This document shows positions 16,209 to 24,352 of a DNA stretch of 24,352 nucleotides, piece by piece; position 1 is the stretch's first letter; the number at the start of each line of letters is the position of its first letter. The stretch is from a virus (lineage: Duplodnaviria; Heunggongvirae; Uroviricota; Caudoviricetes). The notes beneath the pieces were generated by a model. That model did no database searches. It was not told where the DNA came from and saw only the letters and a program-made list of their open reading frames with translations. Where the stretch lies: the IMG/VR virus record IMGVR_UViG_2548876950_000008; one strand, written 5' to 3'. A program made the translations under genes and the position numbers.

Positions 16209-17798
16209 TTACTTAATAAGCAGCGGTACGCCCTGGATACGACGGGCTACGCCAGTCGGGCAGCAGGCCCAGACTACTTCCCATTTATCGAATTCCGCCT
16301 GCGTAACTTTCAGCACATACGGTTCTGTACCGTCAGCATCAGGATCACGAGGAGCCACCAGAGCGCCGGAGGCGACAAAGCGATCCAAAAGTTTGGTCAT
16401 CCCTTTAGTCAGGCCAGACTCAGTAATGCCGTCCGGGTTATGCTTCATCTGTCGGGCTAACTGGACAAAGAAACGGCTGATTGCGTTCATCAGGGATGGG
16501 ACGTGCTGGAAATGCAGATAGTTGTCCTGCGTGCAGCAAGTTAAAGCATCATCGATGATCATCTGGCCCGAAGTACCTACAGATACTTTATTGAGTCGGC
16601 CCTTGACCATAGCTTCTTCGTCCGGGGTGTCTTCAGGATACAGCGGCTGAAGTGATGCACGAGCAATGACGGCACGTTCTTCACCAGCCGGTGAGTAATG
16701 CCAACCGCCGACATCGGAGTTTTTCTTGACGCCACGAGCTTTCGCCGCATACGCCGCGCCAGACAGACCGAAGACCACGCGGGATTGGGTCCATTTGTCT
16801 TTGCAGGAGAACGGGAAATGATAGACAGCACAGCTTACATAATCGGTACCAAGTAAACCGGTATCTTCAACAGCAGAGATCGCTTCCGTGTACGTCAATG
16901 TCGGTTTGACATCAAAGAAGCCATCAATCAAGCGATCAGAACAGATATTACCTAACGCAGTGATCGCCGCATTGTCATAGCAACCCAGGCCGAGAACAGC
17001 GGTGTACATGTACGGCGCATTGTTCAGCACTTTCACCGCACGCAGGTACGCAGCGGTTGAGATTTTCGACTGATCGCCGTTGGTACCGCCAGTGAACGCC
17101 AACGATTTTTTGTTTGTTACTTTCGCTGTCGAAATCAGCTCTTCATTAACAACCGCGCGCAGATATTTAGAACGGGCTTCCAGAGCCGTAGGCAGATAAC
17201 ACAAGCGGCCCATGTCATCTTTCGCTTCTTCCGCCAAAGACACAGTGTGTGTCTCCAGGGTCGTTACCACGCCGAGCGAAGTCGTCTGGGTCAGTTTTAA
17301 GAGGAAGCGTTCATTACCCGCGCTGTCCGCTGTTGCCGTTTCGATGGTTAACTCACGGGTAGGTGAAATACACGGATCACCATCATCAACGTAGATAGCA
17401 AAGGCTTCGCCACTATCAAGTTCAATTTCAGAACCGTATGGCAACGCACTGTAAGCCGGTTCGCCTGATTCATCGAACATAATAATCGGGAACTTCGCAT
17501 CATCCGGAACAGCGCGAACAACATAACCAGACGTTTGCTGAATAGCTTCGTACACATGGCGAATTGGTTCGAACTGTGAGCCGGAAGACGGCTTCAGCGG
17601 TTCGCCGAGAACATCTTCGTAATTGGACTCAGTAACCGCAAGAACAGTAAACGGCTTGCCACGCGCAAATACGCCAATACCAGCCCACAAGCTGCTATTT
17701 AATGCAACACCGGTAGATAACGTCGCATCGGCATTGATCGGGCTAACAGCGACGCCGGATGCATTACCTAATGACTGTTGAATTGAATATTGAGACAT
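16209..17798 (-). CDS. 22: contractile tail sheath protein (529 aa)
   Basis: N-terminus (MSQYSIQQSLGNASGVAVSPINADATL...) and size are typical of myovirus sheath proteins; position beside the capsid gene matches P1 gene 22 as I recall the map. Confidence 0.75.
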   Translation of the reverse strand: MSQYSIQQSLGNASGVAVSPINADATLSTGVALNSSLWAGIGVFARGKPFTVLAVTESNYEDVLGEPLKPSSGSQFEPIRHVYEAIQQTSGYVVRAVPDDAKFPIIMFDESGEPAYSALPYGSEIELDSGEAFAIYVDDGDPCISPTRELTIETATADSAGNERFLLKLTQTTSLGVVTTLETHTVSLAEEAKDDMGRLCYLPTALEARSKYLRAVVNEELISTAKVTNKKSLAFTGGTNGDQSKISTAAYLRAVKVLNNAPYMYTAVLGLGCYDNAAITALGNICSDRLIDGFFDVKPTLTYTEAISAVEDTGLLGTDYVSCAVYHFPFSCKDKWTQSRVVFGLSGAAYAAKARGVKKNSDVGGWHYSPAGEERAVIARASLQPLYPEDTPDEEAMVKGRLNKVSVGTSGQMIIDDALTCCTQDNYLHFQHVPSLMNAISRFFVQLARQMKHNPDGITESGLTKGMTKLLDRFVASGALVAPRDPDADGTEPYVLKVTQAEFDKWEVVWACCPTGVARRIQGVPLLIK

Positions 17799-17858
17799 AA
17801 CTTTCCCTGTTATGCGCCCCGCACGGGGGCGCTATGTTAAACGGAGAACTTCCCCTGA

Positions 17859-19586
17859 TTACTCAGAGTCACCGGCATCAATCGTGTCGCCGCTTATAAA
17901 GTTAAGCCCGCCTTTTTTGGCCATTGTCAGCGTTACACGAGTGAAGTAATCAGCGCCGTTGCGTGGGTGCATATCGTTGATAGCCGAACCCCACAGTGTG
18001 GTACGGTTGACCAGCGCCGGAGTGGTCGGATGCTGGAACGGGATAGCCGGGACAGCATCACCAGTCACAAAGCCTGCTTTACCCGGATTTTCATCACGGA
18101 CGTAGCACAGCACATCCATCGAGCTGAACTGAATGTTCTCTGTCGTTAAGTTCTTACAAATACCAGCAGGTACTTCGTACACTTTCACGTTACCGAACAG
18201 GGTACCGATGTAGTGAACATACGGAGTCTGGATATAGTCTTCGGCTGGCTGGAAGAAATCCTTCGGCAACTGTTTGAAGAAAGATGCTGCATCAGCACCA
18301 GCAAACATCCCCATCGCACCAGAAGATTTAACGCGCTCAATAATGTCGCGATATACAGTCTGGAATTTGCCACGAATGATGGTTGCCCATACATCAAAGG
18401 ACTGGTTAACCGGCAGAGCGATGTCAAAGGTGTCGGTCGCAAGAGTACGCCAGATCATGATGCGAAGACGCAGCATATCCTGTTCATGAGACAGGTATTC
18501 CTTCAGGGTGCGGAACTGTAGGGAACCCAGGTCCAGACCAAATTCACGCTGTGCTTCATACGCCGCCTGTACCGTGTGCTCAGCCGCGATAACGAACTGG
18601 CTTGGGAACAGGGTGTATTTCTTCATTTCGTGGTTGATCAGCGGGATCAGCTCAGGAGCGGCTTCAATATTGATTTCCGTCTCAATTGCGATCTCAGTGC
18701 CTTTATCCGGCGCTTTGGAGAACGACAGGGCAATCTGACCAATGTTGTAGTTCAGAGAGCAGGTAACAGTGATTTGCTCACCAGCAGCATTAGTAAACGA
18801 GTGAAGTAGGCTGCCGGAACCGTTATCAACAACAGACTTAATACGGTTAACGTAGATATTAGTGCGACCTTTTCGGATTGGTACATTCTGGCCTTCGAAG
18901 TCTTCCATCTTGAAGGTTGCGGTTTTGCTGGTGCCATCGGAGCTTGCCACCAGCACATAGCGGCGGCGTAACTGGCTGTACACACCGACGGATTGCATGT
19001 CCAGAACATCACCAGCAGCATAAGAACCAAAAGAGGAACCTGCCACGTTAAAGACTTCATAGATGTCGGACTGGTCACGCGTAACCGGAATGAAGGTACA
19101 CGCATCAGCGGTAGCTGCCCCCAACTGAACAGGCAGGATCATCGCGAGGAATAAAGGCAGACGCATAACACCGTCAGAAACGCTCATCATCTCTGCTGCG
19201 ACGGATTCCAGCATCGCTTTATTAGTGGCATCCATGCTATTGCGGGTGGACTCAATCAGGCAGTTTTCCAGCGTCTGGTGGCAGGAGGCCAGAATTTCCG
19301 GACGCGGCATAGATTTATGTGCTGCGGCGTAGTCAGCCAGTGCACTTGCCCACGCTGTAGCGATTTGAGCGGTGGCATTATCAGAGATACCCGCAAAAAC
19401 CGGGTCTTTACGTGCAGCTTCAAGGATAGATGCGGCACGCGCGGCATCATCTTTAATGAATTGGTTATCAGTACCGAACTGCGCAGTGCTTGCCCAGCCA
19501 AGCACAGCTTTAGAGCGTTTTGCGATATCTGCAATACGATTCTGGTATTCGCGTAAGTTACTCAATTTACTCTTCCTTAAACACAA
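17859..19586 (-). CDS. 23: major capsid (head) protein precursor (up to 575 aa)
   Basis: Large ORF between sheath and parB, the position of P1 gene 23. The track ORF starts on TTG; a more plausible start is the TTG at about 19565 preceded by AAGGAAG, so the N-terminus is uncertain by about 7 codons. Confidence 0.65.
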   Translation of the reverse strand: MCLRKSKLSNLREYQNRIADIAKRSKAVLGWASTAQFGTDNQFIKDDAARAASILEAARKDPVFAGISDNATAQIATAWASALADYAAAHKSMPRPEILASCHQTLENCLIESTRNSMDATNKAMLESVAAEMMSVSDGVMRLPLFLAMILPVQLGAATADACTFIPVTRDQSDIYEVFNVAGSSFGSYAAGDVLDMQSVGVYSQLRRRYVLVASSDGTSKTATFKMEDFEGQNVPIRKGRTNIYVNRIKSVVDNGSGSLLHSFTNAAGEQITVTCSLNYNIGQIALSFSKAPDKGTEIAIETEINIEAAPELIPLINHEMKKYTLFPSQFVIAAEHTVQAAYEAQREFGLDLGSLQFRTLKEYLSHEQDMLRLRIMIWRTLATDTFDIALPVNQSFDVWATIIRGKFQTVYRDIIERVKSSGAMGMFAGADAASFFKQLPKDFFQPAEDYIQTPYVHYIGTLFGNVKVYEVPAGICKNLTTENIQFSSMDVLCYVRDENPGKAGFVTGDAVPAIPFQHPTTPALVNRTTLWGSAINDMHPRNGADYFTRVTLTMAKKGGLNFISGDTIDAGDSE

Positions 19587-19699
19587 GGCACTTGTGTGAA
19601 TCCCTTTTCGGAAGAGATTTTATTGAAAGTCACTTGTTGACTTTCTCGTGACAAGCAATTTTTTTATTTTTTTCGGGAGGAGGGGAGGAAGGTAAAATC

Positions 19700-19790
19700 C
19701 AAGGTGAAATCGTGGCGATTTCACCTTGAAATTTTAGAGTAATTTACTTTAAAAACAGTCAGTTAATAGTGAAATATGAATGGCGAAAGT
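19700..19790 (-). other. parS: parS partition site: ParB box-A heptamers (ATTTCAC / ATTTCAA) and box-B hexamers (TCGCCA) flanking an A+T-rich IHF-type core
   Basis: Minus-strand reading gives ATTTCACTATTAACTGACTGTTTTTAAAGTAAATTACTCTAAAATTTCAAGGTGAAATCGCCACGATTTCAC, matching the P1 parS architecture as I recall it. Directly 3' of parB. Confidence 0.8.
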
Positions 19791-20792
19791 TTAAGGCTTC
19801 GGCTTTTTATCGAGGCTCTTTCTAAGGATATGCCCAATCATCCTGTCGAGTTCTTCCTGTAGCTCTTTTGAAAGTCGATTAAACTCATAAGAAAATGCAC
19901 GGCCTTTCACGCGCTTCCTTGCAAAGCGATCCTTGTCCTCAAATTTCCATAATTCAGTAACTACGGACTTATCTTTAGAACCTTTATCCGTGAGTAGTGA
20001 GGCTTCCTTTGTTATCAAGCGCAGGATTTTATTTTTAACTTCATCTTCGGCCATTTCTTCAATGGATAAGATGTCGTTTATTTCCGGGGATATGTTTTGA
20101 ATAAGCTGATCAAACTCTAAATTCTTGTTCCCCATTTCGTCGCCAACAGCACAAAGCGTTTTGTAGTCCGAAAAGGTTAATTCCGACTGCACAGGGAAAA
20201 GGGCGACTAATTCTTCCGGAGCACTCGCTGCCTGGAGAGCACGCGTGACCTTCGCCTGAGACAGCCCTTCTTTGGCTGCAATATCCTTCTGACTCATCCC
20301 ATCATTTTTCATTCGCATCAAACGCAGACCTATTTCTCGAATGCTGTGCTGCAATGCTGTCTGAACGTCTTTCGCTAAATTTTGCGCTTCCTGAACGCTG
20401 ATCTCCTGGTCCGTGACTAAAACCCGCAACCCTACGTTCTCTAAGATGGCAGAAGCTCGACGCCGGGAACCATCCAAAATTTCAATTTTCCCTGTAGCCC
20501 GTCTGACACCTATTGCAGGGTAAAATTGCTGATGCTTAATAGTGCTTCGGATACTTTTTAATGATTTTGGCGTAAGAGATGCCTGGTCACGCCCGTTGTT
20601 ATGCTGATCAACAAAGGTATCGCTTTCTACCTGGTTCGGAGGTATTACCTCTTCAATAAATGTGGCCTGGCGACCAGTTGATAACTTGAATACCTGCTCG
20701 ACTCGATCGCCAGAGGCTGAAGAACTATCAAATCCGCTTAATATTGAAGGATTAAGGGTTCGCCCAATTGTTGGTCTGTTTTTCTTTGACAT
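19791..20792 (-). CDS. parB: partition protein ParB (333 aa)
   Basis: Downstream of parA and followed by parS; 333 aa, the length I recall for P1 ParB. Confidence 0.9.
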   Translation of the reverse strand: MSKKNRPTIGRTLNPSILSGFDSSSASGDRVEQVFKLSTGRQATFIEEVIPPNQVESDTFVDQHNNGRDQASLTPKSLKSIRSTIKHQQFYPAIGVRRATGKIEILDGSRRRASAILENVGLRVLVTDQEISVQEAQNLAKDVQTALQHSIREIGLRLMRMKNDGMSQKDIAAKEGLSQAKVTRALQAASAPEELVALFPVQSELTFSDYKTLCAVGDEMGNKNLEFDQLIQNISPEINDILSIEEMAEDEVKNKILRLITKEASLLTDKGSKDKSVVTELWKFEDKDRFARKRVKGRAFSYEFNRLSKELQEELDRMIGHILRKSLDKKPKP

Positions 20793-20808
20793 GGGGGTTT
20801 CTTACTCC

Positions 20809-22005
20809 TCAGTTAGATCTGATAAATTCAATACGGTCAAAAACTGCTTTAGCAAAATCTTCCGCGGCAATTCGCGCGTTCTTCAATGCATCAGCACTAC
20901 CAACATACGTTGCCGGGTTAGCTGAAATAACAGTGTCAAAAGACTCGCCGCAACGTTCAAAACCGTCAAGGCGAGGGAGGACGACATCGAGCATATCCCC
21001 ACCGAACACTTCTTTAGCCAGGCTATGGCAATACTTATGATCTGCCTTGTTACTCAACTTGGACATAAAACCAATGTTAGTCGCAAGCTGGCACTCGCAG
21101 CCTTCATCCGAAATGAGTTTCACCAACTCAGGAAGGCGGGCAACGTATTTAAGCGATGAGTGGAAATCGACAGTTGCTGGCGGCAGAGGTGTAAACAGTA
21201 TATTGGCCGAGGCCAAAGCATTTTTCAGGAAGGCGTCAAGGTGAGGACCACTATCAACGAGGATAAAGTCATAATCGCTCTTCAGCTTATCAATCACATT
21301 CTCTTTCAGGACAGCATGGATGTTCTGACCCGGTAGATGCTCATTGCACAGCTCTCTCCAATCGGATGCAATAAAGGCATCGTCAATCGACGCAGGCATA
21401 ACGTCAACCCCAGGTACAACAGAAGGAACAATAAACTCCTCTAACAGCTCTTCACGGCTTACATTCTGCAACATAGCCTGTGCAGATGTTGCGTTTACGA
21501 TACCAATAGAGTGTTTATGGCTTAAAAACATCGTTGCTGAAGATTGCGGATCAAGGTCAATAACCAGAATCCTTAAATCTTCCATCAGAAGATGAGGGTG
21601 GGCACGCATTGCATGCGCCAGAGAAACCGTCGATACAGTTTTTGACACACCGCCTTTAAGATTGGAGATGAAAATCACATACGCTTCGCTGTAGCGATCC
21701 CGGTATTTTGGCACTCCGCGATGTTCATATATGTCAATGATGTTCTGAATTGACATCGCATATTTCATTGAAGAGCCAGCAGGGCGTTTATCGAAAACAT
21801 AACCCTTTTCTTCCATTTCACTTACGGCATAGTCAACGTTCGCTCGAGTCAATAGAGGCAATTTTGCCAGTGCCGCTTTCGCATAGACCTGGTAAAACTC
21901 GTTCGCGTGTAGCTCATCCTTTTGCAACTGTACTTGTTCAGTCAGAACATTGAGCATTCTGTTTGCTCTTTGAGCAACCTTGTGAAGCTGGCTGGAATCA
22001 CTCAT
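20809..22005 (-). CDS. parA: partition ATPase ParA, type Ia with N-terminal DNA-binding extension (398 aa)
   Basis: Deviant Walker A motif (FISNLKGGVSKTVSTVSLA); 398 aa as I recall for P1 ParA; sits between repA/incA and parB. Confidence 0.9.
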   Translation of the reverse strand: MSDSSQLHKVAQRANRMLNVLTEQVQLQKDELHANEFYQVYAKAALAKLPLLTRANVDYAVSEMEEKGYVFDKRPAGSSMKYAMSIQNIIDIYEHRGVPKYRDRYSEAYVIFISNLKGGVSKTVSTVSLAHAMRAHPHLLMEDLRILVIDLDPQSSATMFLSHKHSIGIVNATSAQAMLQNVSREELLEEFIVPSVVPGVDVMPASIDDAFIASDWRELCNEHLPGQNIHAVLKENVIDKLKSDYDFILVDSGPHLDAFLKNALASANILFTPLPPATVDFHSSLKYVARLPELVKLISDEGCECQLATNIGFMSKLSNKADHKYCHSLAKEVFGGDMLDVVLPRLDGFERCGESFDTVISANPATYVGSADALKNARIAAEDFAKAVFDRIEFIRSN

Positions 22006-22110
22006 CGAAAGTCATCCTTTATGCTGTATTTTTGAATTTAATTAAAAATGCTGCATAAAATAATAATGTATGCGTAGATGCTTGTACATAGCATTCTCTG
22101 CATGTTTACT
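22006..22110 (-). promoter_or_regulatory. par operon promoter/operator region (A+T-rich, contains the palindrome TTTAATTAAA)
   Basis: A+T-rich leader upstream of the parA ATG with a palindrome at about 22037-22046; ParA autoregulation sites are expected here. Confidence 0.4.
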
Positions 22111-22278
22111 CCTTTGCCAAGTGTGTCACAACATGCTTTGGCATCCTCCACGCATAAAGGACGCGGATTTCTTCTATGTTCAGGTTGTAGCCTGAATCAT
22201 TTTGGTGATTTCCTGCTTCAACGGGTAGCCAGGCTTCACTCTCTATCAACTGGTGAGAACGGCTTGCCCGGCAGCTTC

Positions 22279-22560
22279 GATGTGTGCTGGAGGGAGAATA
22301 AAAGTCTAAGATGTGCGATAGAGGGAAGTCGCATTGAATTATGTGCTGTGGAGGGATCGCTGGTATCAAATATGTGTGCTGGAGGGAAAGACAGAGAATT
22401 ACATGTGCACTGGAGGGAAAAACGGGTGGACAGATGTGTGCTGGAGGGAAAGTCTGAGCAAACTGCGGGGCGTCCCCCTCCAGCGCACATCAAAAACGGG
22501 AAATTGGACAAGCCTTCCCGGCAGCACACATTTTTTGAATGCAGCTGCCCTCCAGCACAC
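22279..22560. repeat. incA: incA iteron array: about 9 copies of the RepA-binding repeat (consensus GATGTGTGCTGGAGGGAAA), 6 in one orientation and 3 inverted
   Basis: Copies at about 22279, 22311, 22342, 22372, 22403, 22434 (direct) and 22474, 22516, 22545 (inverted), read directly; matches the P1 copy-control locus downstream of repA. Confidence 0.85.
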
Positions 22561-22562
22561 AC

Positions 22563-23423
22563 TTATTCGGGAAGTTTCAGCTTTGGATTGCGAGAATGGA
22601 CGATTACAAAACTTTCCCGGCCTTTCTTCTCAATTGAACAGTCGAGATAACCGATTGTTTTAAGCTGTTCTATCGCTTTCTTAATGATACGGTTTTGCTC
22701 GCCAACAGCTGACTGCAAAGCCAGGCGCTCACGGATTCGCGCGAACGATAGCGGCAACGGGTTCTGCGGAAGGCTTTCGATGAAAGTGTAAATGGCTTGT
22801 GCAGCTTCTTTCTTCGGAAGGGCACGCAAGGCGTGGTGTTGCAACAGAACGCGATAATCAAGCTGGAACAGCTCCCACAGCTTCGAATCAGCCTCCAGCT
22901 CTATCAGATCAAGGTCAGCATCAAAACGCCCGACCTTAAGCAGACCAGTCTGATAGCCGCCTTTAGCATCTTTTCCGCGCTTAAAAGCGATACCCTTGTT
23001 ACGCAAGCGTCCAAGTGATTCATGAATGGTTAAACGCAGTTTCGCATCCAGACGTTTTGAGGGGAAACCACAGGCTTTAGCGAATTCCTGAAACGATAAC
23101 TGGATGGTGTTTGAGGACAAGCCGTATTTGCTGAACGCGTAGATGACACCGATCCACGTTTTGAAATCAGTATCCATATCGAGTCGAGGACCGGTGATTT
23201 TAATATCATCGTAACCCTCGGCTTTAGCTATCTCCAGCTGGGAAAACGCTTTGGTGGCATCAATCTCTTTACTTTCTCCTTTGCTCTTTGATGGCTTCGG
23301 CACGAATACCCCCAAGCGCATCAACGCTACAGGCTGCACAGTGTTGTTTGAATTAACTGTTAGTTCTTTTGCCTTACTTTCAATGTCTGCGTAAAGAATA
23401 TCGGAGATAAAAGATTGATTCAT
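22563..23423 (-). CDS. repA: plasmid replication initiator RepA (286 aa)
   Basis: Flanked by iteron arrays on both sides; 286 aa as I recall for P1 RepA. Confidence 0.9.
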   Translation of the reverse strand: MNQSFISDILYADIESKAKELTVNSNNTVQPVALMRLGVFVPKPSKSKGESKEIDATKAFSQLEIAKAEGYDDIKITGPRLDMDTDFKTWIGVIYAFSKYGLSSNTIQLSFQEFAKACGFPSKRLDAKLRLTIHESLGRLRNKGIAFKRGKDAKGGYQTGLLKVGRFDADLDLIELEADSKLWELFQLDYRVLLQHHALRALPKKEAAQAIYTFIESLPQNPLPLSFARIRERLALQSAVGEQNRIIKKAIEQLKTIGYLDCSIEKKGRESFVIVHSRNPKLKLPE

Positions 23424-23483
23424 ATTACTTTTTCCGAATTATGTGGATAGCTTTTATAAGTGGTGATAACTACCCAGGCTTTC

Positions 23484-23586
23484 CCGTCAGCACACATCCT
23501 ATATCCCGCCAGCACACATTAGCAACCCGTCAGCACACATTTTTATCCCGCCAGCACACATCGTTTTCCCTCCAGCACACATCGCG
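23484..23586. repeat. incC: incC / origin iterons: 5 copies of the same repeat (CCAGCACACATC core) at 21-bp spacing
   Basis: Five repeats at 23484, 23505, 23526, 23547 and 23568, immediately upstream of the repA start; the repA promoter is expected within them. Confidence 0.85.
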
Positions 23587-23610
23587 ATACACTTCTAAGC
23601 CAGACGTGGC

Positions 23611-23700
23611 GCGGCCTGCAACGATCAGGGATCTATATGGATCTAATTGGGATCTGTATGGACCTAATTATTGGATCTACCCAGTGGATAATGTGGATAA
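23611..23700. promoter_or_regulatory. oriR: oriR core: five GATC (Dam) sites within about 55 bp plus tandem DnaA boxes (AGTGGATAA, TGTGGATAA)
   Basis: GATC at 23623, 23630, 23640, 23651 and 23674; DnaA boxes at 23683-23691 and 23692-23700; a further DnaA-like box TGTGGATAG at 23442-23450 next to the repA start. Confidence 0.8.
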
Positions 23701-23749
23701 GTGAAAAACCGGCCACTGAGGACCGATTTCTGTGAAGAGTTGAAGCGAA

Positions 23750-24151
23750 TTAGTTGTCGTTTTCCGTACCTACTTCTTCGATCAACAAACTACTTGTATA
23801 GATGCGTAACGTATCACCTTTGTAGAGGAATTGATAACCAACACCTCCTATGGCAGGGAGGTCGGGGAACATTTCAGAAGCAACCCCAGAGCAAATCACG
23901 GCGATACAGTCATCCCGCTGTACATCCTTACGCTCTGTACTCAAAGTTTGCTCTTCCCCGATTGCCTTTGTCATCTCCTCATCTTCGTACGCAACAGGGA
24001 TATATTCAATCGCATCAGGCGTTTTGATACCCAGTTCTTCAGCAATCTCGAACGCCTGTTTAAATTGATCTGACCCAGGATATCCAACGGTAATACTCTC
24101 AATTTCGAACAAAGAAGTAGCGTTGTTTATTTCTTGTTTAACCACAAGCAT
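23750..24151 (-). CDS. hypothetical protein (133 aa) beyond the replication origin
   Basis: ORF track; ATG at 24151 with SD AAGGA upstream. No recognisable motif. Confidence 0.55.
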   Translation of the reverse strand: MLVVKQEINNATSLFEIESITVGYPGSDQFKQAFEIAEELGIKTPDAIEYIPVAYEDEEMTKAIGEEQTLSTERKDVQRDDCIAVICSGVASEMFPDLPAIGGVGYQFLYKGDTLRIYTSSLLIEEVGTENDN

Positions 24152-24352
24152 GTTGTTTGTCCTTAGTGGCTTCCTGCCAAAGTAAAGTCATGAGTGTTGA
24201 TATTACGATTTCTACAGTTGATTAAATCTGCTCGCTGAGCTTTTGCTTCAGCAGATAACCTTCCAGCGGCCAGATTTTCTCAATGGCGTTCTTACGGGCT
24301 GAACCGCCCCGGGTTTCCTGGAGAGTGTTTTATCTGTGAACTCAGGCTGCCA

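Noticed and set aside
16192-16521. 109-aa plus-strand ORF at the sheath/acidic-protein junction
   Set aside because: Antisense to the sheath gene 3' end; no supporting signals.
22279-22560. Possible CRISPR array, because of regularly spaced direct repeats
   Set aside because: The repeats are 19 bp with about 12-bp spacers, occur in both orientations and flank repA; this is the iteron architecture, not CRISPR.
22078-22663. Several ORFs in the track (190, 108, 109 and 87 aa) spanning the region between parA and repA
   Set aside because: They run through the incA iteron array; their translations show the repeat periodicity and they lack start signals. Treated as artefacts of the repeats.
23441-23704. 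87-aa plus-strand ORF across the origin (translation shows repeated QHT units)
   Set aside because: It is the incC iteron array read as protein; non-coding origin DNA.
24256-24352. Open minus-strand frame running off the right edge (32 codons ending in TGA at about 24256)
   Set aside because: Too short and truncated by the window edge to call; could be the 3' end of a gene that starts outside the window.

Overview
This window reads as a contiguous segment of a P1-like phage-plasmid (Punavirus-type) genome; all identifications are from reading the sequence and the ORF track, with no database search run. Backbone modules, in order: a minus-strand tail-gene operon containing a Sit-like tape-measure protein with a lytic transglycosylase domain (131-6027); the immunity region with two C1-type repressor operators, a candidate c4 antisense RNA region, icd, ant, kilA and repL (8536-11968); a second minus-strand late operon with major capsid, tail sheath and three smaller structural genes (14246-19586); the parS-parB-parA partition cassette (19700-22005); and the plasmid replicon incA iterons-repA-incC iterons/oriR (22279-23700). 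Three accessory insertions interrupt this backbone: (i) an A+T-rich three-gene cassette at 6182-8466 encoding two signal-peptide proteins and a coiled-coil/TM/SH3b-like protein, one of which carries a motif copied from Sit; (ii) a hok/mok/sok-type type I toxin-antitoxin locus at about 12290-12640; (iii) an A+T-rich single-gene island at 12956-13945 encoding a tandem MazG-like/zinc-ribbon protein. The two A+T-rich islands are the best candidates for an undescribed exclusion, defence or counter-defence function. No tRNA, rRNA, CRISPR array or transposase was seen.
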